Positions 55,535 through 64,000 of a stretch of DNA of 64,000 nt are shown here, in pieces (within the stretch, counting starts at the first letter, position 1; each line of letters starts with the position of its first letter). Location: contig LBRL01000001.1 in NCBI GenBank assembly GCA_000991405.1, forward strand, positions 625,841 through 689,840, in the 5' to 3' direction. Source of the DNA: Candidatus Nomurabacteria bacterium GW2011_GWD2_36_14. GTDB lineage: Bacteria; Patescibacteriota; Minisyncoccia; Phycocordibacterales; UBA9973. Made by a program: the position numbers and the translations under genes. Below the pieces are notes generated by a model. It made no database searches and was not told the origin of the DNA. It was given only the letters and a program-made list of their open reading frames with translations.

Positions 55535-56047
55535 ATGAATATATTTAGAATAAATTTAAATAAAGGGATCGGTATTATAGAGATAATTATCTATCTATCG
55601 ATATTCACTATAGTATCTGTCGTCGTCGTGAATTCATTTATTGTAATACTGGCATCATTCTCAAATACTAGAAGTAATCAAGATTTGTTAAACTCCGGAT
55701 CTGTTTCGATGGATAGAATTTCTCACGAAATACGACAAGCCAAGAATATAGATATGATAAACAGTGTTTTCAATTCTAATTCTGGTGTTTTGCGTCTGAA
55801 TAATGTGGATGGAACAAGCTATATTCAAATTGAAAAGAATGGGAATGCCCTAGAGTTATATAGCAACGGCGTACTTGTGGGGAACCTATTGTCACAAAAT
55901 ATTTATCTAAACAAGTTGATATTTAATCGTATTTCAACTCCAAATAGTGAAGCAGTAAAGATAGAAATGGAATTACAAGACTCTCGTAGTAAAACTGGTA
56001 AAACAGAAACTTTATACAATACGATAATTTTAAGAGGAGGGTATTAA
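55535..56047 (+). CDS. Minor pilin-like protein (degenerate prepilin N-terminus)
   Basis: KGIGIIEIIIYLSIFTIVSVVVV. It resembles the prepilin G-x-x-x-E pattern with Glu at +5. Confidence 0.55.
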   Translation: MNIFRINLNKGIGIIEIIIYLSIFTIVSVVVVNSFIVILASFSNTRSNQDLLNSGSVSMDRISHEIRQAKNIDMINSVFNSNSGVLRLNNVDGTSYIQIEKNGNALELYSNGVLVGNLLSQNIYLNKLIFNRISTPNSEAVKIEMELQDSRSKTGKTETLYNTIILRGGY

Positions 56048-56081
56048 ATAATTAATAATGAAGAATTACTAATTAATAATT

Positions 56082-57812
56082 ATGAAGAATAAAAATACAA
56101 TAAAATACAATAGAGGTGCGGCGATGATAATTCTTGTCTTGTTCTTTGTATTTATAAGTTCAACAATTATAATTGGTATAGTAGTTCCAACTGTGCGTGA
56201 ATATAAAATTGCCACAGATAATTTCCATTCAAAACAAACTTACTTCTTGGCCGAATCAGGTGTTGAAGATGTTCTGTACAGATTAAAGAATAACAAACAG
56301 ACAAATGGTACCGAAACTATTGTATTAGGAAATTCAGAAGCAGTAACTACTGTTACTGATATTTCAAGTAGTCAAAAAGAAATTACTTCATTGGGTAATA
56401 CAGACTTAGTGCAAAGAAAAGTTAAATTGACCGTTGATACTGGAGTAGGGGTTTCTTTTAGTTATGGTGTTCAGGTTGGATCAGGAGGATTTATTATGAA
56501 TAATGGGTCAAGGATAGTTGGTAGTATTTATTCAAATGGTAATATAACAGGTTCTGGTACCATTACTGGTAGTGCAACCTCAGCTAATTCACCAGCATTA
56601 GCTTCAGATCAAACAAATGGTACAGGAGTACCTCCAATCGATATAACATTTGGAAATTCAAATGCCACACAAGATTTTGCACAAAGTTTTCAAGTTAGTG
56701 AAACAGGGGTATTAAATAAAGTATCTTTATATTTAAAAAAAGTTAGTACACCTTCAAACATTACAGCACGTATAGTGTCTGATTCTAACGGAAGTCCAAG
56801 TGGAACTACTTTAGCATCTGCTACGATATCAACATCAACAGTATCAACTAATTATGGCTGGATTGATGTTCCTTTTTCTAGCCACATACAACTTTCTTCT
56901 AGTACAACGTATTGGTTAGTTTTAGATGTTACAACCTCCTCAACAAAGTATTACAAAATAGGAGCAAACAATAATGGATATGCAAATGGGATTAGTAAAA
57001 CAGGTGGGTTTGGTGGTACTTGGAACAACATAACACCAGCAGGATCAGACGGTTTCTTCAATGTTTATTTGGGTGGCTTGACTGGGTTGATAAGTGGAAT
57101 AACAATTGGAACTAATTCGAATGATGGGGCATATGCTCATACAATCAATAATTCAAATGTTACAGGTCCTATTTATTGTCAAACAGGAAGTGGTAACAAT
57201 AAAGCTTGTAATACATCTAGACCAGATCCTGTACAGATAGCTATGCCAATATCAGAACAAAATATTTTAGATTGGAAAGAAGCTGCTGCCCTAGGAGGTA
57301 CTTATAATGGTAATTATGTCGTTTCTTCAAATACCACATTAGGACCTAAGAAAATCACCGGTAATTTAGTAGTGTCAAACGAAGTGACTCTAACATTAAC
57401 TGGGACAGTCTGGGTTCAAGGTTCTTTAACTGTCAGTAACAATGCTATTGTAAAACTCGCCTCTAATTATGGTAGCTCAGAGGGTTTGATTATTGCTGAT
57501 GGCAACATTACCATTAGTAATAATTCGGTTTTTCAAGGATCAGGAGCTTCTGGTAGTTATATAATGGCTCTCAGTACTTCTTCTTCGACATCTGCGATTA
57601 CATTAGCAAATAATGGTGGGGCAGTTGTACTTTATGCAGCAAATGGAACTATAAATATAGCAAATAATGCAACAGCCAAGTCTCTAACAGGTTATTATAT
57701 AAATCTAAGCAATAATGCTGTTATTACTTATGATGATGGACTTATGAATTCTAACTTTTCAAGTGGCCCGTCGGGTACATGGAATGTAGATAGCTGGCAA
57801 GAGGTAGAATAA
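56082..57812 (+). CDS. Large PilX-N-domain protein with C-terminal beta-helix-like repeats (putative pilus tip/adhesin)
   Basis: N-terminal RGAAMIILVLFFVFISSTII (PilX_N-like). The C-terminal ~250 aa contain repeated xNxxI/VxxxN motifs (GSLTVSNNAIVKL, GNITISNNSVFQG, NGTINIANNATAK). Confidence 0.55.
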   Translation: MKNKNTIKYNRGAAMIILVLFFVFISSTIIIGIVVPTVREYKIATDNFHSKQTYFLAESGVEDVLYRLKNNKQTNGTETIVLGNSEAVTTVTDISSSQKEITSLGNTDLVQRKVKLTVDTGVGVSFSYGVQVGSGGFIMNNGSRIVGSIYSNGNITGSGTITGSATSANSPALASDQTNGTGVPPIDITFGNSNATQDFAQSFQVSETGVLNKVSLYLKKVSTPSNITARIVSDSNGSPSGTTLASATISTSTVSTNYGWIDVPFSSHIQLSSSTTYWLVLDVTTSSTKYYKIGANNNGYANGISKTGGFGGTWNNITPAGSDGFFNVYLGGLTGLISGITIGTNSNDGAYAHTINNSNVTGPIYCQTGSGNNKACNTSRPDPVQIAMPISEQNILDWKEAAALGGTYNGNYVVSSNTTLGPKKITGNLVVSNEVTLTLTGTVWVQGSLTVSNNAIVKLASNYGSSEGLIIADGNITISNNSVFQGSGASGSYIMALSTSSSTSAITLANNGGAVVLYAANGTINIANNATAKSLTGYYINLSNNAVITYDDGLMNSNFSSGPSGTWNVDSWQEVE

Positions 57813-57845
57813 CGGTTTTTGGCAGTTTTGTGGTAAAATAGAGGA

Positions 57846-58607
57846 ATGAAGGTAATAAACAAACTTGTCATTGCTAATTGGAAGATGAATCCGCAATCTA
57901 AAAAGGAGGCGGAAATTATTTTTAAAAACATTTTCAATAATTTAAAAAATATAAAAAAGACAGAGGTAATAATCTGTCCACCTTTTCCGTTCCTTTTTGT
58001 GAAGGGAAAAGTGAAGACTAAGAATATAAAACTAGGAAGCCAAGACGTCTTTTATGAGAAAGAGGGTTCATATACTGGAGAAGTGTCAGCTTCGATGCTC
58101 AGAGACTTCAGTGTGGAATACGTCTTGGTAGGACATTCTGAGAGAAGAGCCATAGGCGATACAAATGAGATTGTAAATAAAAAGATTCTAGCCATTTTAA
58201 AATCGAAAATGAATCCCATCTTTTGTGTTGGAGAAAGTGTTCGAGATACCAATGGCTTCTATTTGTCATTTATTAAACAACAAATAATAGAAGGATTAGT
58301 GAATGTAAACAAACCTCAGGTGAAAAATATGGTGATTGCTTATGAGCCCATATGGGCGATAGGGAGTAGCGCTGATAGAGAGGCGACACCTGCTGAATTT
58401 ACCGAGATAAGAATATTTATTAAAAAGATAATTACTGACTTGTACGATGTGAAAACTGCAAATGAAGTAAGAATCATATATGGAGGGTCAGTTAATCCTC
58501 TAAATGCGGAATCATTTATAAAAGAAGGTAGAGCTGATGGATTACTCGTAGGACGTGACAGCTTGAATCCTAAGAAATTCAGTGCGATTATTAATTTGGT
58601 TAAATAA
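57846..58607 (+). CDS. tpiA: Triosephosphate isomerase
   Basis: ANWKMN, GHSERR, AYEPIWAIG, YGGSV motifs. Confidence 0.9.
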   Translation: MKVINKLVIANWKMNPQSKKEAEIIFKNIFNNLKNIKKTEVIICPPFPFLFVKGKVKTKNIKLGSQDVFYEKEGSYTGEVSASMLRDFSVEYVLVGHSERRAIGDTNEIVNKKILAILKSKMNPIFCVGESVRDTNGFYLSFIKQQIIEGLVNVNKPQVKNMVIAYEPIWAIGSSADREATPAEFTEIRIFIKKIITDLYDVKTANEVRIIYGGSVNPLNAESFIKEGRADGLLVGRDSLNPKKFSAIINLVK

Positions 58608-58618
58608 TGTAAATAAAT

Positions 58619-59743
58619 ATGAAATCAATAAAAGACATAGAAAATTTGAAAGGGAAGCGTGTCATAGTCCGTGTAGACTTCAATGTACCACAAGATCCGT
58701 CTGGGAAAATTGTGGATGATTTCCGTATTAAGTCTGCACTTCCTACCATACAGTATTTACATAAAAAAGGGGCAATAGTGATCCTTGTAGCCCATATAGG
58801 GGATGACGGCACGAAGAGTTTAAAGCCTGTAGCTATAAGGCTTAAAAAGTATTTGCCAGATGTTAAATTTATAGAATCTTCAATCTTTTCAGATGAAACC
58901 AAGAAGATCACAGGAACACTCAAGAATGGCGACGTAGCTTTGTTTGAGAATCTACGCAAAGAGCCAGGAGAGAAGACGAACTCTCCATCTTTTGCTAGAG
59001 GGCTTTCTCGTTTTGGTGATATATATGTGAATGATGCTTTCTCTGTCTCACATCGGGTACACGCTTCTATTGTTGGTATTACAAAATACTTACCAAGTTA
59101 TGCAGGGCTTCAACTCATAGATGAGATAAATAATCTATCGAAAGCTTTTAGCCCTAAAAAACCTTTTTTGTTTATTTTAGGTGGAGCGAAATTTGAAACC
59201 AAGATTCCTTTAATAAAAAAGTTCTTACGAGATGCCGACCATGTATTTATCGGAGGAGCTATTGCCAACGACTTCTTCAAAGGCAAGGGGTATGAAGTAG
59301 GTACCTCTCTGGTAAGTGAGGGTATGGTGCAAGTGAAATCATTTTTCAAGAATAAGAATTTAGTTATACCGACAGATGTCATAGCAACTCGTGGAAGTAC
59401 TAGTCGTGACATAAGGCCAAATGAAGTGACGCACGATGAGTGCATAGTAGATATAGGCAAGGACTCAGTAAACGTATTGAAAGACCTGATCGACAAAGCA
59501 CAATTCGTACTTTGGAATGGACCTCTTGGTAAATATGAAAGTGGATTTGGAAGTGCTACAGAAAATGTTCTTAAAATTCTTTCTAAGAGTAAGGCTGTCA
59601 GTATCGTCGGAGGAGGGGATACTGTGGCTCTTATAACCAAATTAAAATTGGGCGACAAGCTTGGCTTCGTTTCCACCGGCGGTGGTGCCACTCTCGACTT
59701 CCTAGCCAAAGGCACTCTACCGGGGATAAAAGCATTGAAATAA
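58619..59743 (+). CDS. pgk: Phosphoglycerate kinase
   Basis: VRVDFNVP, AHIG, GGA...K...FLAKG..LPG motifs. 374 aa. Confidence 0.9.
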   Translation: MKSIKDIENLKGKRVIVRVDFNVPQDPSGKIVDDFRIKSALPTIQYLHKKGAIVILVAHIGDDGTKSLKPVAIRLKKYLPDVKFIESSIFSDETKKITGTLKNGDVALFENLRKEPGEKTNSPSFARGLSRFGDIYVNDAFSVSHRVHASIVGITKYLPSYAGLQLIDEINNLSKAFSPKKPFLFILGGAKFETKIPLIKKFLRDADHVFIGGAIANDFFKGKGYEVGTSLVSEGMVQVKSFFKNKNLVIPTDVIATRGSTSRDIRPNEVTHDECIVDIGKDSVNVLKDLIDKAQFVLWNGPLGKYESGFGSATENVLKILSKSKAVSIVGGGDTVALITKLKLGDKLGFVSTGGGATLDFLAKGTLPGIKALK

Positions 59744-59786
59744 GTTTACCGAAGCAAGGCTTCGGTAAGTTGTATTTTAAAAATAT

Positions 59787-61490
59787 ATGAGTAATGTGTC
59801 TGAAAATAAGATATGCCAGAATTGTAAAAAAGACTTCACTATCGAGTCAGATGATTTTCTGTTTTATGAGAAAATGAAAGTTCCAGCACCTACCTTTTGT
59901 CCACATTGTCGGTTTGTCCGTCGTATGATATGGAGAAATGAAAGATCTTTGTATAAAAGGAAGTGCGATATGTGTCAGAAGAATATAATTGCTATGTATG
60001 ATGACAAAGTACCTTTTCCTGTATATTGCCCAGAATGCTGGAGAAGTGATAAATGGGAAGCAGGTGAATATACAAAAGATTATGATTTTAGTAAACCATT
60101 CTTTGAACAATGGGAAGAATTATTTAATAAAGTTCCTAGGCAAGGGATAAGACATTTGGGTGAATGTATTGATTCAGAGTATGCTAACTTTGCCGATAAT
60201 TCAAAAAATGTATATTTATCATATTCTGTTTTATGGAATAGTGAAGGGATTTATTATTCTAATAATATAGAAAAATCAAAAGAAATTATTGATTCATTTA
60301 ACGCTACTGATAGTGAATTAATATATCAAAGTATAAATGTTTTAAAAAATTATAGTTGCCAGTACTCATATTGGTCATTGAATTGCATAAATTGTAATTT
60401 TATCTTAGATTGCAATAATTGCCAAGATTGTTTTGGTTGTGTAAATTTGCAGAACAAAAGATATTGTATTTATAATGAACAGTATTCAAAAGAAGAATAT
60501 GAAGAGAAAATAAAATCATTTAATACAGGTAGTCGTTCTTTTATTATTGAATTTTCAAAAGAATTTTGGAGTTTTTCTTTGAATTTTCCAAGAAGATATG
60601 TAAGATCTGTAAATTGCAATAACTCAACAGGTGATGTTATTAGAGATTCAAGTAATTCAAAAAGTATTTTCAATAGTTATGGTTGTGAAAATATTAAATA
60701 TGGATATAGAGTTGTTAAATCTAAAGATGGAATGGATGTATGTTATATGGGAGCTGAATTAGCATATGAACATGGTTATGGTGGTTCAGAGAACAGTCAA
60801 AATATTAAATTTACTATAGAAGGTCAACCAGCTTGTAGTTTGTTAGAATATTCAGATGCTTGCAAATCCTCCTCAAATCTCTTCGGTTGCATAGGCCTTA
60901 AAAACAAACAATATTGTATCTTAAACAAACAATATGAGAAAGAAGAATATTTTAAAATGGTAGAGAAGATAAAGAAACACATGGATGATATGCCATATAT
61001 AGATAGCAAGAGTAGGGTATACAAATATGGAGAATTCTTCCCTTATGAACTATGTCCATTTGGGTATAATGAAGCTGTTATCAATGATCACTTCCCACTC
61101 ACCAAAGAAGAAATATTAGAAAGAGGATATCCATATAAAGAAAAACAAGACAATAAATATACTATTACATTAAAAGCCAAGGATATACCAGACGATATTA
61201 AAGATGTAGATGATAGTATCTTAAATGAAGTTATAGAATGTGAAGTTTCTGGCAAAGCATTCAAGATTACTCCATTTGAATTTCAATTCTATAGAAGAAT
61301 GAATATACCTATACCAAGACTTCATCCAAATGAAAGATACAAGAAGCGCTTAGCGTTAAGAAATCCTATGATTCTATATACTCGTGCCTGTATGCACGAA
61401 GGTTGTACTAATACATTTGAAACTACATATGCCCCAAATAGGCCTGAGATAATTTATTGTAAAGAATGCTATCAAAGAGAGGTGTATTAA
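59787..61490 (+). CDS. Cysteine-rich multi-zinc-ribbon protein, paralog 5 of 5 (terminal ribbon partly degenerate)
   Basis: 567 aa with conserved termini, but the C-terminal ribbon reads RLHPNERYKKRL where the other paralogs have RLCPNCRHxERL. Confidence 0.8.
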   Translation: MSNVSENKICQNCKKDFTIESDDFLFYEKMKVPAPTFCPHCRFVRRMIWRNERSLYKRKCDMCQKNIIAMYDDKVPFPVYCPECWRSDKWEAGEYTKDYDFSKPFFEQWEELFNKVPRQGIRHLGECIDSEYANFADNSKNVYLSYSVLWNSEGIYYSNNIEKSKEIIDSFNATDSELIYQSINVLKNYSCQYSYWSLNCINCNFILDCNNCQDCFGCVNLQNKRYCIYNEQYSKEEYEEKIKSFNTGSRSFIIEFSKEFWSFSLNFPRRYVRSVNCNNSTGDVIRDSSNSKSIFNSYGCENIKYGYRVVKSKDGMDVCYMGAELAYEHGYGGSENSQNIKFTIEGQPACSLLEYSDACKSSSNLFGCIGLKNKQYCILNKQYEKEEYFKMVEKIKKHMDDMPYIDSKSRVYKYGEFFPYELCPFGYNEAVINDHFPLTKEEILERGYPYKEKQDNKYTITLKAKDIPDDIKDVDDSILNEVIECEVSGKAFKITPFEFQFYRRMNIPIPRLHPNERYKKRLALRNPMILYTRACMHEGCTNTFETTYAPNRPEIIYCKECYQREVY

Positions 61491-61527
61491 TTTACAATTA
61501 AGAAACGGCCGTTTCTTAATTGTAAAT
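61491..61527 (+). terminator. Terminator hairpin (14-bp stem around the AACGGCCGTT palindrome)
   Basis: TTTACAATTAAGAAACGGCCGTTTCTTAATTGTAAA. Confidence 0.6.
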
Positions 61528-61581
61528 TGTACTTGGAACAACTTTTCTTAATATTAAAAATTTTATGTTACAATCTTTATT

Positions 61582-63252
61582 ATGCCCAATGAAATTGAAC
61601 TTTTAGATTTACTGCTGAAAAATAGAGGAATAAAGGAAGAAGATAAAGAGAAATTCTTGAACCCTTCATATGAAGAGGGAATTTATGATCCATACCTAAT
61701 GAAAGATATGGAAAAGACGGTAGTAAGGATATTTGAGGCCGTAGAAGCGAAAGAGAAGATAGTCATATATAGTGACTATGACTGCGATGGGATTCCAGCC
61801 TCTGTCATGATGCATGACTTCTTCACAAAGATTGGATATACAAATTTTACTATTTATATTCCCGATAGACATGATGAAGGGTATGGTCTTCATATGGATG
61901 CGATTAAGAATTTTATAAATGAAAAAGTGAATCTCCTTATAACTTTTGACTTAGGAATCACCGCTGTGGATGAAGTGGTAGAAGCAACAGCAGGGGGGAT
62001 AGATGTGATAATTACCGACCATCACTTGCCTCACGCACAAATTCCTCGTGCTTATGCAATACTTAATCCCAAGCAAGATGGATGTGCTTATCCAGACAAG
62101 ATGCTGTGCGGAGCGGGGATAGCCTTCAAACTTATTCAAGCACTCATAATAAAATACGGAGAATATTGGAATATAAATAAAGGCTGGGAGAAATGGTTAC
62201 TAGATATGGCAGGCATAGCAACACTTGCTGATCAAGTGCCTCTTCTAGATGAGAATAGGGTACTGGCATACTATGGACTTAAAGTATTGCAGAAAGGGAA
62301 ACGTTTGGGGCTTGTTGAAATTTTCAAAAAAGCTGGTGTAGATATTACCAAACTTTCTGAAGAGGATGTGACCTTTACCTTGGCTCCTCGCATAAATGCA
62401 GCCTCCAGAATGGCTGACCCAATGATGGCCTTTGAAATGCTTTCTGCAACTGATGCAGTAGTAGCCAAAGCCTCTGCTGATAACTTGGCAAAAATAAATG
62501 ATGAGAGGAAGATTATTGTCGCTCACATGATGAAGGATGTTAAGAAAACTTTAAGCAAAAGAGAAGACAAGAAGGTGATAGTGATAGGGAATCCTACTTG
62601 GAGAGTGGGAGTCTTGGGAATTATTGCTTCTAAAATTGCCGAAGAATATAAAAGGCCAGTTTTCGTGTGGGGAACGGATGGAAGTGATGAGCTCAAGGGA
62701 TCTTGTCGTTCGTGGGGGAGTGTTAACTTAGTAGAAATAATGACTGCACTTCCAGAAAATAGCTTACTTGGTTTTGGGGGACATGCGGGGGCTGGTGGGT
62801 TCTCGGTAGCACAAACAGAAATACATTTTCTAGAAGAAAGAATTTTGAAAGTTTATGGAGAGGACAAAGAGGTAGAAGGCGGGAGTGAAGGAGAGGAGAT
62901 AAAAGATAGGATAGAAGCAATTATAAGCATTGATGATATCACACCAGCTAATTATAATGTGATAGATAAACTTGCTCCATACGGAGAGGGGAATCCTAAG
63001 CCTAAATTCCTTTTCAAAGAATTGCCTATATCTGCAATCAAAGAATTTGGTAAAGAGAAAAATCACTTAGAATTAAGTTTCCTAAATAGTAAAGGGAAGG
63101 TGGTTAAAGCGATAGCATTTTTCAAGACCAGAGAGAGTTATAATAATATGCTTAATGTAGGGGAGAGGATAAATATGGTAGCTACTTTTGAGAAGAGTAC
63201 ATTTGGAGGAAGAACAGAATTAAGGCTCCGAATTGTAGATATATTATGTTAG
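61582..63252 (+). CDS. recJ: Single-stranded-DNA-specific exonuclease RecJ
   Basis: DHH motifs (YSDYDCDGI, ITDHH) and a DHHA1 domain (GGHAGAGG). 556 aa. Confidence 0.85.
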   Translation: MPNEIELLDLLLKNRGIKEEDKEKFLNPSYEEGIYDPYLMKDMEKTVVRIFEAVEAKEKIVIYSDYDCDGIPASVMMHDFFTKIGYTNFTIYIPDRHDEGYGLHMDAIKNFINEKVNLLITFDLGITAVDEVVEATAGGIDVIITDHHLPHAQIPRAYAILNPKQDGCAYPDKMLCGAGIAFKLIQALIIKYGEYWNINKGWEKWLLDMAGIATLADQVPLLDENRVLAYYGLKVLQKGKRLGLVEIFKKAGVDITKLSEEDVTFTLAPRINAASRMADPMMAFEMLSATDAVVAKASADNLAKINDERKIIVAHMMKDVKKTLSKREDKKVIVIGNPTWRVGVLGIIASKIAEEYKRPVFVWGTDGSDELKGSCRSWGSVNLVEIMTALPENSLLGFGGHAGAGGFSVAQTEIHFLEERILKVYGEDKEVEGGSEGEEIKDRIEAIISIDDITPANYNVIDKLAPYGEGNPKPKFLFKELPISAIKEFGKEKNHLELSFLNSKGKVVKAIAFFKTRESYNNMLNVGERINMVATFEKSTFGGRTELRLRIVDILC

Positions 63253-63261
63253 AATATTTTT

Positions 63262-63774
63262 ATGAATAAAACTTTGGAAATATATACAGATGGTTCATCG
63301 TTGGGGAATCCAGGACCGGGAGGTTGGGGGGTTGTTATAATTAATAATGAAGAATTAATAATTAATAATGAAAAACCAAACACCAAAAACCAAACACCAA
63401 AAACCAACATAGTAGAGCTTGGTGGAGGTGATAAAAATACGACAAATAACAGGATGGAACTTCAAGCTGTTATAGAAGCACTCAAATATATAAATAAAAA
63501 TTACAAAGAAAATGAGGTAACTATAAATGCAGATTCGGCATATGTATTGGGGGGAGTGACGACTTGGATACATGGTTGGGAGAAGAATGGATGGAAGACT
63601 GCCAACAAAAAACCGGTTTTAAATCAGGAACTTTGGAAAGAATTGATATCACTCGTGAGAGAATTCAAGGGTAAAATAAATTGGCAGAAAGTGAAGGGGC
63701 ATTCAGGACACATATATAACGATAAAGCGGATGAGATAGCAACAAAATATGCATCTAACCAAAAAGGAAATTAG
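63262..63774 (+). CDS. rnhA: Ribonuclease HI with a low-complexity insertion
   Basis: IYTDGSSLGNPGPGGWGVVI ... NNRMELQAVIEAL ... HSGH..N..AD. The insertion NNEELIINNEKPNTKNQTPKTN is encoded by tandem nucleotide repeats. Confidence 0.8.
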   Translation: MNKTLEIYTDGSSLGNPGPGGWGVVIINNEELIINNEKPNTKNQTPKTNIVELGGGDKNTTNNRMELQAVIEALKYINKNYKENEVTINADSAYVLGGVTTWIHGWEKNGWKTANKKPVLNQELWKELISLVREFKGKINWQKVKGHSGHIYNDKADEIATKYASNQKGN

Positions 63775-64000
63775 TTTAATAATCGCACTAATATTAATTG
63801 CATTGGTGCGGTTTTTCTTTTTTATACCGAAGGCACCTCTATACAATAGTGTAGTGGGGAAGACTGTGACTCTAAGTGGGGTGGTGAGTGAAGACCCAGA
63901 TATTAGGCTGAAAAATAAGCATTTAAATGTGAGGCTAGAAGAGCAAGATGTGAATATATTAGTCTTTGTGGGGAGAGAAGTGGAAGTAAATTATGGAGAT
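63761..64000 (+). CDS. 5'-truncated-by-window ORF; N-terminus resembles a ComEC/Rec2-type membrane protein (TM helix then OB-like segment)
   Basis: MHLTKKEISLIIALILIALVRFFFFIPKAPLYNSVVGKTVTLSGVVSEDPDIRLKNKHLNVRL... continues past the window end. It overlaps the rnhA stop by 14 nt. Confidence 0.3.

Noticed and set aside
6081-61490. The repeated nucleotide blocks of the five paralogs as a CRISPR array or IS element.
   Set aside because: The repeats are long, protein-coding and divergent at synonymous sites. There are no short direct repeats with unique spacers, no transposase and no terminal inverted repeats.

Overview
The window is AT-rich (about 35% GC), compact and mostly plus-strand coded. 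Its gene content resembles a reduced-genome episymbiotic bacterium (CPR/Patescibacteria-like); that placement is inference. I see about 70 protein genes, 8 tRNAs and no rRNA or CRISPR. The housekeeping genes are mutM, ruvA, ruvX, rpsT, rplS, tpiA, pgk, recJ, rnhA, a malic enzyme, a HIT protein, a SpoU methyltransferase, an RluA pseudouridine synthase and an ABC exporter. There are two type IV pilus clusters: pilM/N/O-like, and pilB-pilC followed by three pilins and a large PilX-like protein. A probable B12-dependent ribonucleotide reductase (nrdJ) sits next to a predicted cobalamin riboswitch that controls two B12-capture surface proteins (DUF4430 and a prenyltransferase-like toroid protein). 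A glycan-salvage cluster holds three GH130 phosphorylase domains with a cupin, an epimerase and a cytidylyltransferase. A large serine recombinase abuts tRNA-Lys at the window start, so an integrated element probably enters from the left. The most unusual content is five dispersed paralogs (two in tandem) of a roughly 570-aa cysteine-rich protein that I cannot assign to any characterised family. Each has conserved N- and C-terminal multi-zinc-ribbon modules and a divergent central segment. The window also holds several families of conserved intergenic repeats. The most notable is a roughly 150-nt element that always lies downstream of a tRNA gene.
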